Source of the DNA: a virus
Virus record (IMG/VR): IMGVR_UViG_3300028045_000006
Location: 1 to 36,708 of that record
Reading direction: 5' to 3' (one strand)
Length of the DNA: 36,708 nucleotides
Position 1 is the stretch's first letter, and each line of letters begins with the position of its first letter. Shown piece after piece: positions 7,975 through 18,221 of the stretch. Made by a program: the position numbers and the translations under genes. Below the pieces are notes generated by a model. The model saw only the letters and a program-made list of their open reading frames with translations, made no database searches and was not told the DNA's origin.

Positions 7975-10011
7975 TTATTGTCCTACTGCATTTACCACCA
8001 ACGTATTCATATCTCCTCCAGCCTGAGTAGCTATTGCGTAAAAACATCCTTGAGCCGCTGTGCCAATAGTTCCATTAGTAACGGTGGAGTTGTTTACCAA
8101 AGGAGTAAGTCCGCACGGTATAACCCAACTGTGAGTACCACCTGCTGCCCAAAAAGTTACGTCTATCTTGTCTGTCTCTGCGTTTCCGCTATAACTAAAG
8201 TTTCTTGAAGCACTATACTTCTTTAATGGCGATGTGTTTATCAACAATTCTCCATCTCCACCTTGTCCAACCTCAATAATTCCGTGACTGGTAGGTATCG
8301 TATCGGTAATTGCACCAGCCGTGGTATCAACCCAATAATGCGCACCCTCTGTTACTGTCATAGCAACCGTTCCGTTCGTTATAACATTCACAGTGTCGTC
8401 GGCTGTAACATTATCGGTTGTAAATCCTATAAAATTCATTCTAGCCCTATTATCAACATTAGAATCAGCTTTAAATATCTTGCCACCAGTTAATTGAAAT
8501 TCAATATACATATAAAACCAACCAGAGTTACCAGTTATGCCAGCAGACCAAACACCTGTTGAAGCGGTATAGGTACTATGATAATTACTTATATTGAAAG
8601 AATTACTATTGCGTTGTACTGCGTAATAATTAACAGCATCAATTACGCCTTCCCTTTCCAAGACTAAATGATATTTAGTACCTGATACTATCGTAGGAGG
8701 CGTAGCAAAAACAAATTCTTGTGGTTTAATGTCACTAGCAGCAGTAGTGAAGCCTGTCCCAGATACCCAAGTAGATTCACCATTCGCTATAGCACTTCCA
8801 GGTTTATTAGTATCATCATCATAAATTACTATTCTTACATTGTCTGTTGGCGCACCTTCTTTACGGATATTAACATTTGCGACTCTAACGGTTATGGTCG
8901 TACAGTCAGCGTTTGTATAAGTGAAACTCTGCGACCTTTTGAATGTAGCGTCAGCACTACCAAAAGTGAGTGATGCAAACGCACCCACACTATCTCCGTA
9001 ATCTCCATTTGAATAGGTAAGTGCATAACAATCTCTGCCCTCACCAGACATACAGACTGCTTGCGGAGTAACTGAACCATCTATCGTTTCTCCTGCTGTT
9101 AAAGCAACCACTGTTCCACCGTGTGTATGTAAAGCCGAGGCGTCACTTGCTGCCCCTGCTGTTAAAGTGTTTAAATTTGTATCAGTTACATTAGCACTTA
9201 TTCCATCTAACGACTGATTGATTTCGTCCATAGTAGCTGTTACATCAGAAACAACACCTGCTAAAGTTCCAGGCGTTACACCTGCTTCACTCAAGTCTAC
9301 AGTTAGGTTTAAAGTCTCATTTGCTCCTGCTCCTAGGATGTTGAAATCAATTCCTCCAGTAGCACTTACTAATTTAGCTCCTAAATAGCCAGGAGTCGTG
9401 TCTGCTGCACTTATATCTACTAGATTACTAGCTGTTACGTCGTTAATCGCTGTCCATGCTACTCCGTCATCTGAAAACTCTACTTCACTTCCCGTATTGT
9501 TGTATCTTAACCACGGAGCGTTAGTACCTGCTCCTGTTGATCTCGAAATAGTCACCGTACCTGCTGCGTCTGTTCCCATAATGAGTCCTGATCCACCAGT
9601 TGCTATTGTTCCTTGCATTGCTGCGAACTGAATAGCTTGCATTACTCCTGTTATGTTACAGAAGATAGGCGAGTCTTGTTGGTGTGTTGCTGCGTTATTA
9701 GAATCTCCTGCTGTCCAATCTAATCCTGAAAGTTCGATTCCTCTCACTACACCTGTTGCTGTTAATCCATCTCCACTCAAAGCTCCTGCTGGAACATAGA
9801 CCGTTTCAACATATCCTTCATCGTTACGGATTCCCATAAGGAATGCCTCCGTTACTACTGCCCCTGCTGTATCTAGCGGAGCCGAAGTGAAGGTTAAGGT
9901 TGTGTCTGATGGTCCGACTGGCGCACTTAGCTTTGGACTAGGCGCAGTTGGTGTTGCCCACTGAAAGAAAACTATTTGGGCTAAGGTTGGTAGAACTGTT
10001 GCATTTGCCAT
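7975..10011 (-). CDS. Tail fibre or spike protein (678 aa)
   Basis: Size, position and Thr/Gly/Ala/Asn-rich beta-type composition. No enzyme motif recognised. Confidence 0.45.
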   Translation of the reverse strand: MANATVLPTLAQIVFFQWATPTAPSPKLSAPVGPSDTTLTFTSAPLDTAGAVVTEAFLMGIRNDEGYVETVYVPAGALSGDGLTATGVVRGIELSGLDWTAGDSNNAATHQQDSPIFCNITGVMQAIQFAAMQGTIATGGSGLIMGTDAAGTVTISRSTGAGTNAPWLRYNNTGSEVEFSDDGVAWTAINDVTASNLVDISAADTTPGYLGAKLVSATGGIDFNILGAGANETLNLTVDLSEAGVTPGTLAGVVSDVTATMDEINQSLDGISANVTDTNLNTLTAGAASDASALHTHGGTVVALTAGETIDGSVTPQAVCMSGEGRDCYALTYSNGDYGDSVGAFASLTFGSADATFKRSQSFTYTNADCTTITVRVANVNIRKEGAPTDNVRIVIYDDDTNKPGSAIANGESTWVSGTGFTTAASDIKPQEFVFATPPTIVSGTKYHLVLEREGVIDAVNYYAVQRNSNSFNISNYHSTYTASTGVWSAGITGNSGWFYMYIEFQLTGGKIFKADSNVDNRARMNFIGFTTDNVTADDTVNVITNGTVAMTVTEGAHYWVDTTAGAITDTIPTSHGIIEVGQGGDGELLINTSPLKKYSASRNFSYSGNAETDKIDVTFWAAGGTHSWVIPCGLTPLVNNSTVTNGTIGTAAQGCFYAIATQAGGDMNTLVVNAVGQ

Positions 10012-10021
10012 TGTATATTGG

Positions 10022-11596
10022 TTATTGTTTAATCATTTTGCGTCTCCTGATTGGAGCTTTAACTTGTGACTCTAACGACACCCAATTCACAGCGTGTGGG
10101 AGCTTGTCACTACAAGTTATATGTAAAATTACTCTTTGGAAATTTCTTATAAAAGGTCTACATCCGTCGAAACTCTCTACTAGATTACTGTAGTCAATGT
10201 CACCTCCCCATCCAGAAGTCCCCCAAGCTGCTGTTCCCCATCCATCTTCTCCTAGTTTAGACCTTTGAGCTGTCCATAAAAACCTTAGTTTGTCATTAAC
10301 AGGCTTCCCCGTCACATCATATATGTCGAATCTTACACTAATTTCTGTGCTAGGACTCAAGTAACCTTGAACATAACATCCTTTTAAGAATTGTCTCGTG
10401 AACAAATCCCCTAGTTTTAGTTCTTGCCTAAACTCTGTTCCTATAAGTTGCCCGTCATCATCAAATCCTTGGAATAACTCGTAAACTTTAGTCGAAGTAC
10501 TACTACCTCCATAAACAACGCCATCGTCACTCATAAATCTGTTAATAGTCCATCCGCTAAACTCTACGAAACTCTTGTGGTCTACGTTATATGCAATCAC
10601 GTAATTGTTAGTCGAGGAATCCTTTGCACAAGTAATCAAAATAATCCTTCTTCTAGCATCGTAAACCATATCAGCATTAGAAAGATCAAGTCCATCAAAG
10701 AACTCTGCTCCTAGTAAAATACTCACATTAGCCTCTTGATCGCTTTGAGGAAGATCCATCGAACCTATTTGTACTAATTGCCATAATCCTGATTCGTTGA
10801 CATAGAAAATACCTTCTGTTGTACTCTCTGACGCTCTACTACCTCCAGAGTCTACTCTATACATTGTAGTTATATCTACCTTGCTAATCGTACCACTAGA
10901 GTCTATTTGATCTATTCTAAATGCCCATTTACCGTCATCAGCTAAAGCGAATATATCTGGACCGAAAGCGTGAATTGACCTGACTGTTTGACCATTTCTG
11001 TAAGAAACAATCCCTGCACCTGTAGCTGTAGTATCTACTGTCCAACCGTCAAAAGGTGGATCGCTTCCATCGTCTACTTCCGAATAGTATATTGAATCAT
11101 TTACCGCACAATACAACCTGTTTCCAACCACTCTTAAATAAGTAGCTACAGCAGGACTTGCCACTACATGAGCTTCTGTCAAGGTGTCGTCTATTCTCCA
11201 AATGCCGTTTATGCCGTTAGAAACAAAGAAGTAACTACCATATCTCGCTCCAAAGAATCCAAGATTTGCAGTAAAGTCAGTTTTAATCGGTGTAATTGTG
11301 TCTGTCGATTTAGTATAAGCCGAAACTGTAGTCGCATAACCAAAGATGTAAATATCATCTGTCCATTTCTCTAACATAGTCACAGGATCAGTACCTGCTA
11401 CCTCGAATATCTTCGACAAACCTCCTCTCTTTTCGAGTCTTCCTTCTGCTGTTACTAGGTAATTCTTAATAACCTGAGCGAACTCTGGATTTAATAATTG
11501 AGGTAAGTCTCTAATATTCTCTCCTTTAGAACCCATTAGAGTAGTCGCACTCACTGGCGAACCCTTATAACCTTTAACATTTATTGGCGTGTACAT
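10022..11596 (-). CDS. Tail structural protein (524 aa), nozzle or tubular-protein-B-like by position
   Basis: Gene order only: it follows a ~200-aa adaptor-sized gene, as in short-tailed phages. Confidence 0.3.
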   Translation of the reverse strand: MYTPINVKGYKGSPVSATTLMGSKGENIRDLPQLLNPEFAQVIKNYLVTAEGRLEKRGGLSKIFEVAGTDPVTMLEKWTDDIYIFGYATTVSAYTKSTDTITPIKTDFTANLGFFGARYGSYFFVSNGINGIWRIDDTLTEAHVVASPAVATYLRVVGNRLYCAVNDSIYYSEVDDGSDPPFDGWTVDTTATGAGIVSYRNGQTVRSIHAFGPDIFALADDGKWAFRIDQIDSSGTISKVDITTMYRVDSGGSRASESTTEGIFYVNESGLWQLVQIGSMDLPQSDQEANVSILLGAEFFDGLDLSNADMVYDARRRIILITCAKDSSTNNYVIAYNVDHKSFVEFSGWTINRFMSDDGVVYGGSSTSTKVYELFQGFDDDGQLIGTEFRQELKLGDLFTRQFLKGCYVQGYLSPSTEISVRFDIYDVTGKPVNDKLRFLWTAQRSKLGEDGWGTAAWGTSGWGGDIDYSNLVESFDGCRPFIRNFQRVILHITCSDKLPHAVNWVSLESQVKAPIRRRKMIKQ

Positions 11597-11599
11597 ATT

Positions 11600-12250
11600 T
11601 TAATATATTAGTGTTGAATCTGGTAAACTGTAAGCCATTGGCTCCTTTTTGAAATTCCTTGCTAGTTCGTCCATAATCCTCACAAACCTAGCGTCTGCGA
11701 AACTCTCTGCTCCTATGTCTTCATCCCATTGGTCATACAAAACGTCTACAGCCTTAACAATATACTCTAAGAAGTCGTCTGGGATGATTTCTGCACCACT
11801 CACGCTCGTATCTAGTGTAAAATAGTCCGTAGAGGCGTCTATCGTCGTTATTTCAGGAATATACCGTAGTCGGTACGTTTCTGAGCTTTCAATGCCTGTA
11901 AAGACGACATTTGTGCCTTGTATGTAATACCCTTTGCCTTTTGAGCCGAAAGGAAGTCTTGCCAATCTAACTTCGGTATTATCTCCTTCTGTATCTACAT
12001 AATAGAAACCACATTCTTTTTCTTCTATGTCTCTGAAGTCTGCTGGTAAAGCTTGTGTACTAGGATTAGTACTTACTGAATAAGTTGTATCCTGATCAAT
12101 GTACCTTTCTGGATCAATTCCTTTTAACTTCCTGTAGGCAGTCTTGTTGATGAAGTCTGTCCATTCCCAAAAAGTTGCTAAAGGAACGTCTGTAAGGTCA
12201 CGTTTTAGACGATTATATGCGTCGTATGCTGATTGTGCGGTGATTGCCAT
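11600..12250 (-). CDS. Virion protein (216 aa), adaptor or tubular-protein-A-like by position
   Basis: Gene order and size only. Confidence 0.3.
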   Translation of the reverse strand: MAITAQSAYDAYNRLKRDLTDVPLATFWEWTDFINKTAYRKLKGIDPERYIDQDTTYSVSTNPSTQALPADFRDIEEKECGFYYVDTEGDNTEVRLARLPFGSKGKGYYIQGTNVVFTGIESSETYRLRYIPEITTIDASTDYFTLDTSVSGAEIIPDDFLEYIVKAVDVLYDQWDEDIGAESFADARFVRIMDELARNFKKEPMAYSLPDSTLIY

Positions 12251-12537
12251 TATTTAATTGTTAAGTATGTATTTACTACTATCCCTATTAAGGTAGTGAA
12301 ACTAATTGTTAATAGAAACCATTGAATCTTTGTCAGCCATTTAATATCTCTTGAATTATCACTAGCCACTATCTTTAGACCAGTTATCTCTTCGTGGATA
12401 TGATTGAGATGATTGTCTTTTATTATAACTATATCCGCTTTCAGTCCTTTTATGTCACCTAATATCATTGCCTGAAATTGCTTGTCTTCCTTGTAATGGG
12501 ATTTTAGTTTTTCTTCAAGTATTTGTATTCCAGGCAT
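12250..12537 (-). CDS. Tail-anchored small membrane protein (95 aa) embedded in the tail module
   Basis: N-terminal helical or coiled region plus a single C-terminal TM segment IQWFLLTISFTTLIGIVVNTYL. TAATG overlap with the next gene. Confidence 0.5.
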   Translation of the reverse strand: MPGIQILEEKLKSHYKEDKQFQAMILGDIKGLKADIVIIKDNHLNHIHEEITGLKIVASDNSRDIKWLTKIQWFLLTISFTTLIGIVVNTYLTIK

Positions 12538-12539
12538 AG

Positions 12540-14243
12540 TTATTGGATTATTGGGCTAAATTTGAAGTCACGGTACTTACCCCCTGCTGCTGTTGACCAA
12601 GCGAACGACACACTAGAATCAGTATGAGGAGCGGCATCTGCTACTGCGTACCCTAGTGGTGTTTGAGTGTAAGTCTGCCCACCATCTGTTGAGTGGTACA
12701 TTACCCAAGTTGAACCATTACGGGTCATCTTAATTCTATACCAAGTGTTTAAAGAGAAAGTCCCACTAGATTGTTGCAAAAGTGTTGTGCCAGAAGTGTC
12801 TCTATATAATTCAAACTTCTCCGTACTAGCAAAGTTGAAGTAATACGAATTAGTGTCAGTTCCCAAAGTCCCAACAATATCAGACATTAACACGAAAACA
12901 GCCGAACCTGCGTCTGCTGTCTTATATACGTCAAATTCCCAAGTCCCATAGGCTTGTTGCATCGGTATTGATACTATTCCAGCACTTACGCAAGTTATTT
13001 GCTTCGTTCCATCTCCATTACCCGTATCATCTACCTGCCAAGTCCCACTCTCTATATCCCAACCCGTATTCTCCAAGAAGTTTGACGTGACGTTGCCTAC
13101 AGATTCGTTCCACCCTTTACCATCAGCTATGTAAACTGGGTCGGAATTAGGTATTTCTTGTACAGTTATGTCATCCCAAGCCGTATATCCTGATGTTTGT
13201 CCAGAATGATATAATAAAAAATCTTTAGCAGAATTATCCCAAGTCTTAACAAAATCAAAATACTGCCAGTCAGTCGATAATGTTCCAGTCCACAAAGTTG
13301 TTGTGAAGTCATTTATCTGTGGTGTCCATGTACCATCACTTTTCGCCCAACCTCTAAATCTGTAGGTCTTGCCAACCTCTACTGTATCATTCACTCTTGC
13401 CCCTGGTCCAGCCGTACCATTATAAGATACCTTCAAATACTGACTACCTGAATGTGGTGTATCTGTTTCCTTTGCTAAACTAGCATTGTTGAACACAACA
13501 TAGTCCGCCACGCCTACAGCTTCCATATCACCATCAGGCATTAGGTTTCTTGCTGGGTCGCTTAACTGTTTAATATCAACTCTGTCGTAATGTGCTTCTT
13601 GTAACCCTTCTTCGTATAATTGAGAGGCTTCTGCACCTGTAAACTCTACCCCTTTCCAAACAATAACATCTTGAACACTTCCATTAAGCCATTGTGAGCC
13701 TCCATCATTTTCTACTCCTAATCCAATTTTTGCATTAGCATAATCGTCATAAGTGTTATTTGCTGTTGCTACGAATATCCCATCCACATATAAATTAAAA
13801 TCAGCCGTAGCTCTAGCATAGGTGAGTGTCACAAACACCCAGTTTTTAGCTGATAATACCGATGTCCCTGTAGCAGTAGCGGTTCCTCCTCCATCTCCTA
13901 TCCTAACACTTATATTCCCACTACTGGTGTAAAACCACCACCCCTCGTTTACTGACAATCTTCCGACCAGCGTTCTTATGGTTGCATCGTTTTCCTCTTG
14001 ATAACACCAGAAGCTTATAGAAAAGTCAAAGCCAGACGTATCAAAAACAGCATTATAAGGTACTTGAATTTCTGTGTCTGTCCCGTTAAGCTTTGGCACC
14101 CTTCCTCTTTTAGTATTCTCCCAATATGTTGAACCTGCATTTAAAGCTGCATCATTCCCATTCCCCGAAAGGTCGGCTAAACTACCATCTTTTAACCAGT
14201 TACCAACTATATTCGCTAGGTATTTGTCCTTAATTTTTGTCAT
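12540..14243 (-). CDS. Receptor-binding protein with LamG/ConA-like, CBM4_9-like and a further jelly-roll domain (567 aa)
   Basis: LSGNGNDAAL...LNGTDTEIQVP...FSISFWCY...LYVDG has the LamG_3 pattern. The middle segment NLMPDGDMEA...GKTYRFRGWAKSDG is CBM4_9-like. Confidence 0.55.
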   Translation of the reverse strand: MTKIKDKYLANIVGNWLKDGSLADLSGNGNDAALNAGSTYWENTKRGRVPKLNGTDTEIQVPYNAVFDTSGFDFSISFWCYQEENDATIRTLVGRLSVNEGWWFYTSSGNISVRIGDGGGTATATGTSVLSAKNWVFVTLTYARATADFNLYVDGIFVATANNTYDDYANAKIGLGVENDGGSQWLNGSVQDVIVWKGVEFTGAEASQLYEEGLQEAHYDRVDIKQLSDPARNLMPDGDMEAVGVADYVVFNNASLAKETDTPHSGSQYLKVSYNGTAGPGARVNDTVEVGKTYRFRGWAKSDGTWTPQINDFTTTLWTGTLSTDWQYFDFVKTWDNSAKDFLLYHSGQTSGYTAWDDITVQEIPNSDPVYIADGKGWNESVGNVTSNFLENTGWDIESGTWQVDDTGNGDGTKQITCVSAGIVSIPMQQAYGTWEFDVYKTADAGSAVFVLMSDIVGTLGTDTNSYYFNFASTEKFELYRDTSGTTLLQQSSGTFSLNTWYRIKMTRNGSTWVMYHSTDGGQTYTQTPLGYAVADAAPHTDSSVSFAWSTAAGGKYRDFKFSPIIQ

Positions 14244-14245
14244 AT

Positions 14246-15625
14246 TTATAAGTTAAAATTTCTAAACATTAAATCGTGCAACCATTTAGCTTGTGTTTCA
14301 GTTACCTCATAAGGGAACACAGTCGGAAACTTCAATCCTCCACCAAAATTCAATCCACCATAAGAAGCTTCCCCTATCCACATGCCTGATGTATTCACTA
14401 TGCTTCCAGTAAACCCAGATAATCCATCGTTTGTCTGTGCTTGCTTCTCTCTATCCACATAAAAACTGATACCTGCTTCTGTCTCGCTTCCGTCATAAGC
14501 AACAGTCGCACTATGCCACATACCATCATTCCATGCAGTATCAGTATGTGCTCTTAAACCTGTCACAGTTCCATTCTCGTAAGCCCTATACTCAATCAAG
14601 CCACTGGCACTAAAATTAACAGCCACACCTTTATAAGTAGCCGCTGGGTCAGATTTACTAAACAATACCGAAACAGCTGTCTTGGTTGTTCTGAATAAGA
14701 AAGAAAAACTGTGAGGAGAATCTTTCTCAAAGACATCATTGAATTGTGCACTCTGTTGTATCTCAAGGTGGTCATTTGTACCGTCTAACTCTATTCCGTT
14801 ATTAGGTAATAAGGTAGGTTCATCAACTCCTGCACCCGTTCCCCAAAAGCACTGGTCAGTAGCTACGTGTCCTAAATTTGGAGTAACCTCATTAGCTCCG
14901 TCATCATAATGGGTTCTCAAAGGTAGCCATATCTCTGCACTTTCAGGCTTAACTTCTTTGAAAGTCAGCTGTGTGTATTTGTCTAAAACCTCACCCTCGG
15001 TAAGCTCTTTATCATAAATACTAACTCCTCTAAATTGTCCATCCGCATAACTACCAGAGTATCTCCCAAACCAAACATCATGCCCCTGTTTCTCCATTGC
15101 GACATAACCTCCTTGACTATTACCTCCACTCACATCATCAACTCGGCTTCCATTAAGATATATTTTCAATCCTGCCTCCGTTGACGAACCGTCGTAAGTT
15201 GCCACAAGGTGAATCATCTGCCCCTCATAAGAAGTCAACGCTGTGTTATAAGCCCGTCCTATACGACAATCTGCCACACTCTCATCATGGCATTGGACAA
15301 AGGCTTTATCCGTACCAGCCACGTAAAACAACCATTCTGCATCGACATTATTCACACCTTTTGACGCAATTATAAAAGACGTAGCGTCAGTCATAATCCC
15401 GAAAAACTCTATTGAAAACGGACTGTCAGTAGCCCCATCTCCAAAGCTATATTTGTATTCATCCGCTGGTGTCGCATATTGAGAAGTGCCATTCAACGTC
15501 ATTCCATTATTAACAACAGGGGCATCTGTTAAAACAACTCCATTGTCAGCAACATACTGGTTGTTTATGAACTGTTCTCGAAAAACCGCGTCTTCTGCTG
15601 GTATGTTTGGGTATGTTATTCCCAT
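14246..15625 (-). CDS. Receptor-binding protein with two tandem LamG/ConA-like domains (459 aa)
   Basis: Two copies of the pattern LNGTSQYA...FSIEFF...HLVATYDG...LKIYLNG and LDGTNDHLEI...FSFLF...HSATVAYDG...ISFYVD. Confidence 0.55.
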   Translation of the reverse strand: MGITYPNIPAEDAVFREQFINNQYVADNGVVLTDAPVVNNGMTLNGTSQYATPADEYKYSFGDGATDSPFSIEFFGIMTDATSFIIASKGVNNVDAEWLFYVAGTDKAFVQCHDESVADCRIGRAYNTALTSYEGQMIHLVATYDGSSTEAGLKIYLNGSRVDDVSGGNSQGGYVAMEKQGHDVWFGRYSGSYADGQFRGVSIYDKELTEGEVLDKYTQLTFKEVKPESAEIWLPLRTHYDDGANEVTPNLGHVATDQCFWGTGAGVDEPTLLPNNGIELDGTNDHLEIQQSAQFNDVFEKDSPHSFSFLFRTTKTAVSVLFSKSDPAATYKGVAVNFSASGLIEYRAYENGTVTGLRAHTDTAWNDGMWHSATVAYDGSETEAGISFYVDREKQAQTNDGLSGFTGSIVNTSGMWIGEASYGGLNFGGGLKFPTVFPYEVTETQAKWLHDLMFRNFNL

Positions 15626-15637
15626 AATATAATTAGG

Positions 15638-15946
15638 TTATTTAGTTGCTTCAACTGGCTCTGTCCAACTTGCGTAAGCTTGGAATTCTTTCTTCAATTC
15701 CTGCACTTGCCCTTCGGTCAAACCTACAAGGCTCGCAATCTGTCCATCACCTTTCCCAACATAAGCTTCGTCACCTTCGGCCTTTCCTCCTTGTTGGGAT
15801 TTAATGTACTTGTAAGCTTCTTCTACTTTGCCTTTCGTCATTATAGGCTTTGTAGCCTCGGTACTTTCAGGTTTAGTAGTATCTTCCTGAATAGTTTCTT
15901 CAGGTATGTGTTTGCTTAGTTTCGGACATACTTTTGTGTAATCCAT
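15638..15946 (-). CDS. Hypothetical protein (102 aa)
   Basis: ORF track; leader taataatttaaccaatttaaa. Confidence 0.5.
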   Translation of the reverse strand: MDYTKVCPKLSKHIPEETIQEDTTKPESTEATKPIMTKGKVEEAYKYIKSQQGGKAEGDEAYVGKGDGQIASLVGLTEGQVQELKKEFQAYASWTEPVEATK

Positions 15947-15964
15947 TTTAAATTGGTTAAATTA

Positions 15965-16756
15965 TTATACTGCTGTCACTCCACCATCAGCACTCAACGC
16001 TCTGTAAACCACAATCACCATCGTATCTACGTCAGTATTTGCGTCACCAGTGAAGTTGAACCTGATATAGTTGGTAGCTCCCCCTTTTGCAACAAGTGTC
16101 AATCCAGCTCTAGCATCATTTATGGCTCTAACTTGAGCACTTGTGTTCAACGACAAGGCAACTGTGTTGTCCCCATTCTTAAGTGCTAGAGAACCAGGTG
16201 TAACACCCGACAAATCTGTACCTCCTGCTGCGGTAATATCAACGCTGTTAGCTCCGTCCCAAGCATCGAAATAACAAGTAGTAACGGTTGTTGCGTCCGT
16301 AACGTTAGTTGGAACTAATACTATATTCAAAATCTCTATAAATCCTGTAAAGGTAAACAGATTATCGTTCTGCGCTCCATTACCATCAAGCGTGTTCGTT
16401 GTTGACACTGACCCGCCCCAATTAGCTGCGATGTTAGACATTACGGAATTACCTGAGATTGAGTCTGTTTTGTTCCCAAGAACATCTCTCATTTGGTTAT
16501 TATCAGCCGTGTCCTTAGTAGGAACATCGTGATACCCATCAAGAGTAGTGATTGTTGCTGGGATCGTCGTGTCGGTATCAAGCAAGATTGCTTCCGAGTT
16601 AGTCACATTCTGTTTGGCGTAAGCCATCAATGATTCCGTTGCACTCACCGCCCCTGCTGCTGCTGCGTCTGTTTTGTTGCCGACTACATCACGTTCCTGA
16701 ATGTTAGACGTTGCGTCTGCCGAAGGAACATAATCTTTTGAACTTCTATCAGTCAT
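15965..16756 (-). CDS. Thr/Ala/Asp/Asn-rich virion surface protein (263 aa) with an internal duplicated RDV(V/L)GNKTD module
   Basis: ERDVVGNKTD (16667..16693) and MRDVLGNKTD (16463..16489) share the DNA string gtctgttttgtt. Confidence 0.5.
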   Translation of the reverse strand: MTDRSSKDYVPSADATSNIQERDVVGNKTDAAAAGAVSATESLMAYAKQNVTNSEAILLDTDTTIPATITTLDGYHDVPTKDTADNNQMRDVLGNKTDSISGNSVMSNIAANWGGSVSTTNTLDGNGAQNDNLFTFTGFIEILNIVLVPTNVTDATTVTTCYFDAWDGANSVDITAAGGTDLSGVTPGSLALKNGDNTVALSLNTSAQVRAINDARAGLTLVAKGGATNYIRFNFTGDANTDVDTMVIVVYRALSADGGVTAV

Positions 16757-16774
16757 AATTTATTTGGTTAATTA

Positions 16775-18184
16775 TTAGTAAAGTTTCTTCAAGAATATTT
16801 CCCAAGCTCCGTCTGTTCCACCACCATCATTCGCACGAACAACTTTCACCCTGACATACTTGTAAGCTACGCCGTCGTCTTCTTGGATGATTGCGTTCAA
16901 ATTACCTGCTGCCGTACTCCAAGAACCTCCTCCTGTATAATCAGTAGAAATATCTATATAATCACAACTTGCCGCCACTGTGCCGTTATCTTCCAATGTT
17001 CCTTCCAAGGTATAGGTATTATCTCCAGCACCTCCGTCAGTATTCATTATCTGAAGTCCGAATTTGGTATACCCGTCCATATCGAAGTAGTAGTAAGTTG
17101 TAGCATTGCCTTGACCTGTAGCAGTAGCTAATGTTTCCTCAACGTGCGCAGTATTTAATGGCGCTACCTCATAAACTTTCTGCGAATCTGTACCTGAATC
17201 ATACCCGTCAGCTTGTACCATCATGTGTCTGTCGATTGTCATTGCTAGAATACCTGTTTGTCTGTCAGCTACATTATCTCCTGCTGCTATATATTGACCG
17301 AATACTGCGTTACCTATACTTGTACCAGGAGTGAAAGCATCCTTATCTGCGTATTGTCCTGAAGCCGAATCTACTGTTACATACAATGCTCCTTTTGCAT
17401 CAACCTGCAAAGGCGCTATTTCGTTGTCCGTGTCTGCTAATGCTGCCAAAGTGTCGTTCCTAACCGCACCAACTGTAAGACCTTTAGAAGTTGTCTCTGT
17501 ATAAGTAGTTGTTCCTAATACTGCGACGGTATCGTCTATAAGCTCTGTAGCTGTCTTAATTGCTGTTAGGTCTGTAGCTACTGTATCATCAGTTGCTACT
17601 GTTACTCTTAATGTTCCTCCTGTTAAAACGCCTGAACCTGCTGCTGTTGCTACTCCTGCCACTTTAGTCAAATTCACATCACTAGCTGGTCCTGCTCCCC
17701 CTGAAACTGTTGTTTCAACCTTATAGCCTACTGTATCAGTTACATTCGCATCCCCTTTGAGACCGTAAACTGTACCTGTCCTGTGGTCGATACAATACTC
17801 TCCTTCTGTAAACTTATTCACGATAGCTGCAGCTTTAGCCGCTAAAGTAAATTCGTTTCTTTCTGCGTCCTCAGCAATAAGTGCTGGAAACTCTCTCAAT
17901 GTCACTAGAGTCGTTCCACCCGTCAAAGTGACTGAAGTATCGTTATAGTGTCCTACAACGTCTCCTAGGCTACTCTTAACGTTCCTGTAGAGCAATTTAC
18001 CTACGATTGTTGTTCCTGCTGCCTCACCTGCGTCAATTGTTAAGACTCCTGCGTTGAAATAGTAAAATTGTAATGTTTCACCCACAACGTCAAAGATTGC
18101 ATCAGCTCCTATATTGTCTACAGGCATACGTCTTTGTTCTGACACATCTAGTTGTTGCAAGTTGTTTAGTAATCCTCCTGCCAT
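16775..18184 (-). CDS. Thr/Gly/Ala/Asp-rich virion protein (469 aa from ATG 18184; the longest ORF starts at 18256)
   Basis: ORF track. The 18256 start would make the GC-rich hairpin at 18222..18251 coding. ATG 18184 (MAGGLLNNLQ) has an A-rich leader. Confidence 0.5.
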   Translation of the reverse strand: MAGGLLNNLQQLDVSEQRRMPVDNIGADAIFDVVGETLQFYYFNAGVLTIDAGEAAGTTIVGKLLYRNVKSSLGDVVGHYNDTSVTLTGGTTLVTLREFPALIAEDAERNEFTLAAKAAAIVNKFTEGEYCIDHRTGTVYGLKGDANVTDTVGYKVETTVSGGAGPASDVNLTKVAGVATAAGSGVLTGGTLRVTVATDDTVATDLTAIKTATELIDDTVAVLGTTTYTETTSKGLTVGAVRNDTLAALADTDNEIAPLQVDAKGALYVTVDSASGQYADKDAFTPGTSIGNAVFGQYIAAGDNVADRQTGILAMTIDRHMMVQADGYDSGTDSQKVYEVAPLNTAHVEETLATATGQGNATTYYYFDMDGYTKFGLQIMNTDGGAGDNTYTLEGTLEDNGTVAASCDYIDISTDYTGGGSWSTAAGNLNAIIQEDDGVAYKYVRVKVVRANDGGGTDGAWEIFLKKLY

Positions 18185-18221
18185 AATAAGTTTTGTTAGA
18201 TTGTAGTTTTTAATCTCTCTT

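Noticed and set aside
2661-11374. Plus-strand ORFs from the track lying antisense to the large minus-strand genes: 2661..2846, 2870..3451, 4096..4365, 4723..5007, 4860..5141, 5657..6031, 6989..7321, 7711..7902, 7978..8208, 8263..8493, 8719..8973, 9398..9631, 9948..10193, 11168..11374
   Set aside because: All are fully embedded antisense in long ORFs with recognisable domains. Their products are Leu/Ser/Cys/Phe-rich low-complexity translations typical of antisense frames, and they lack the leader type seen at real starts.
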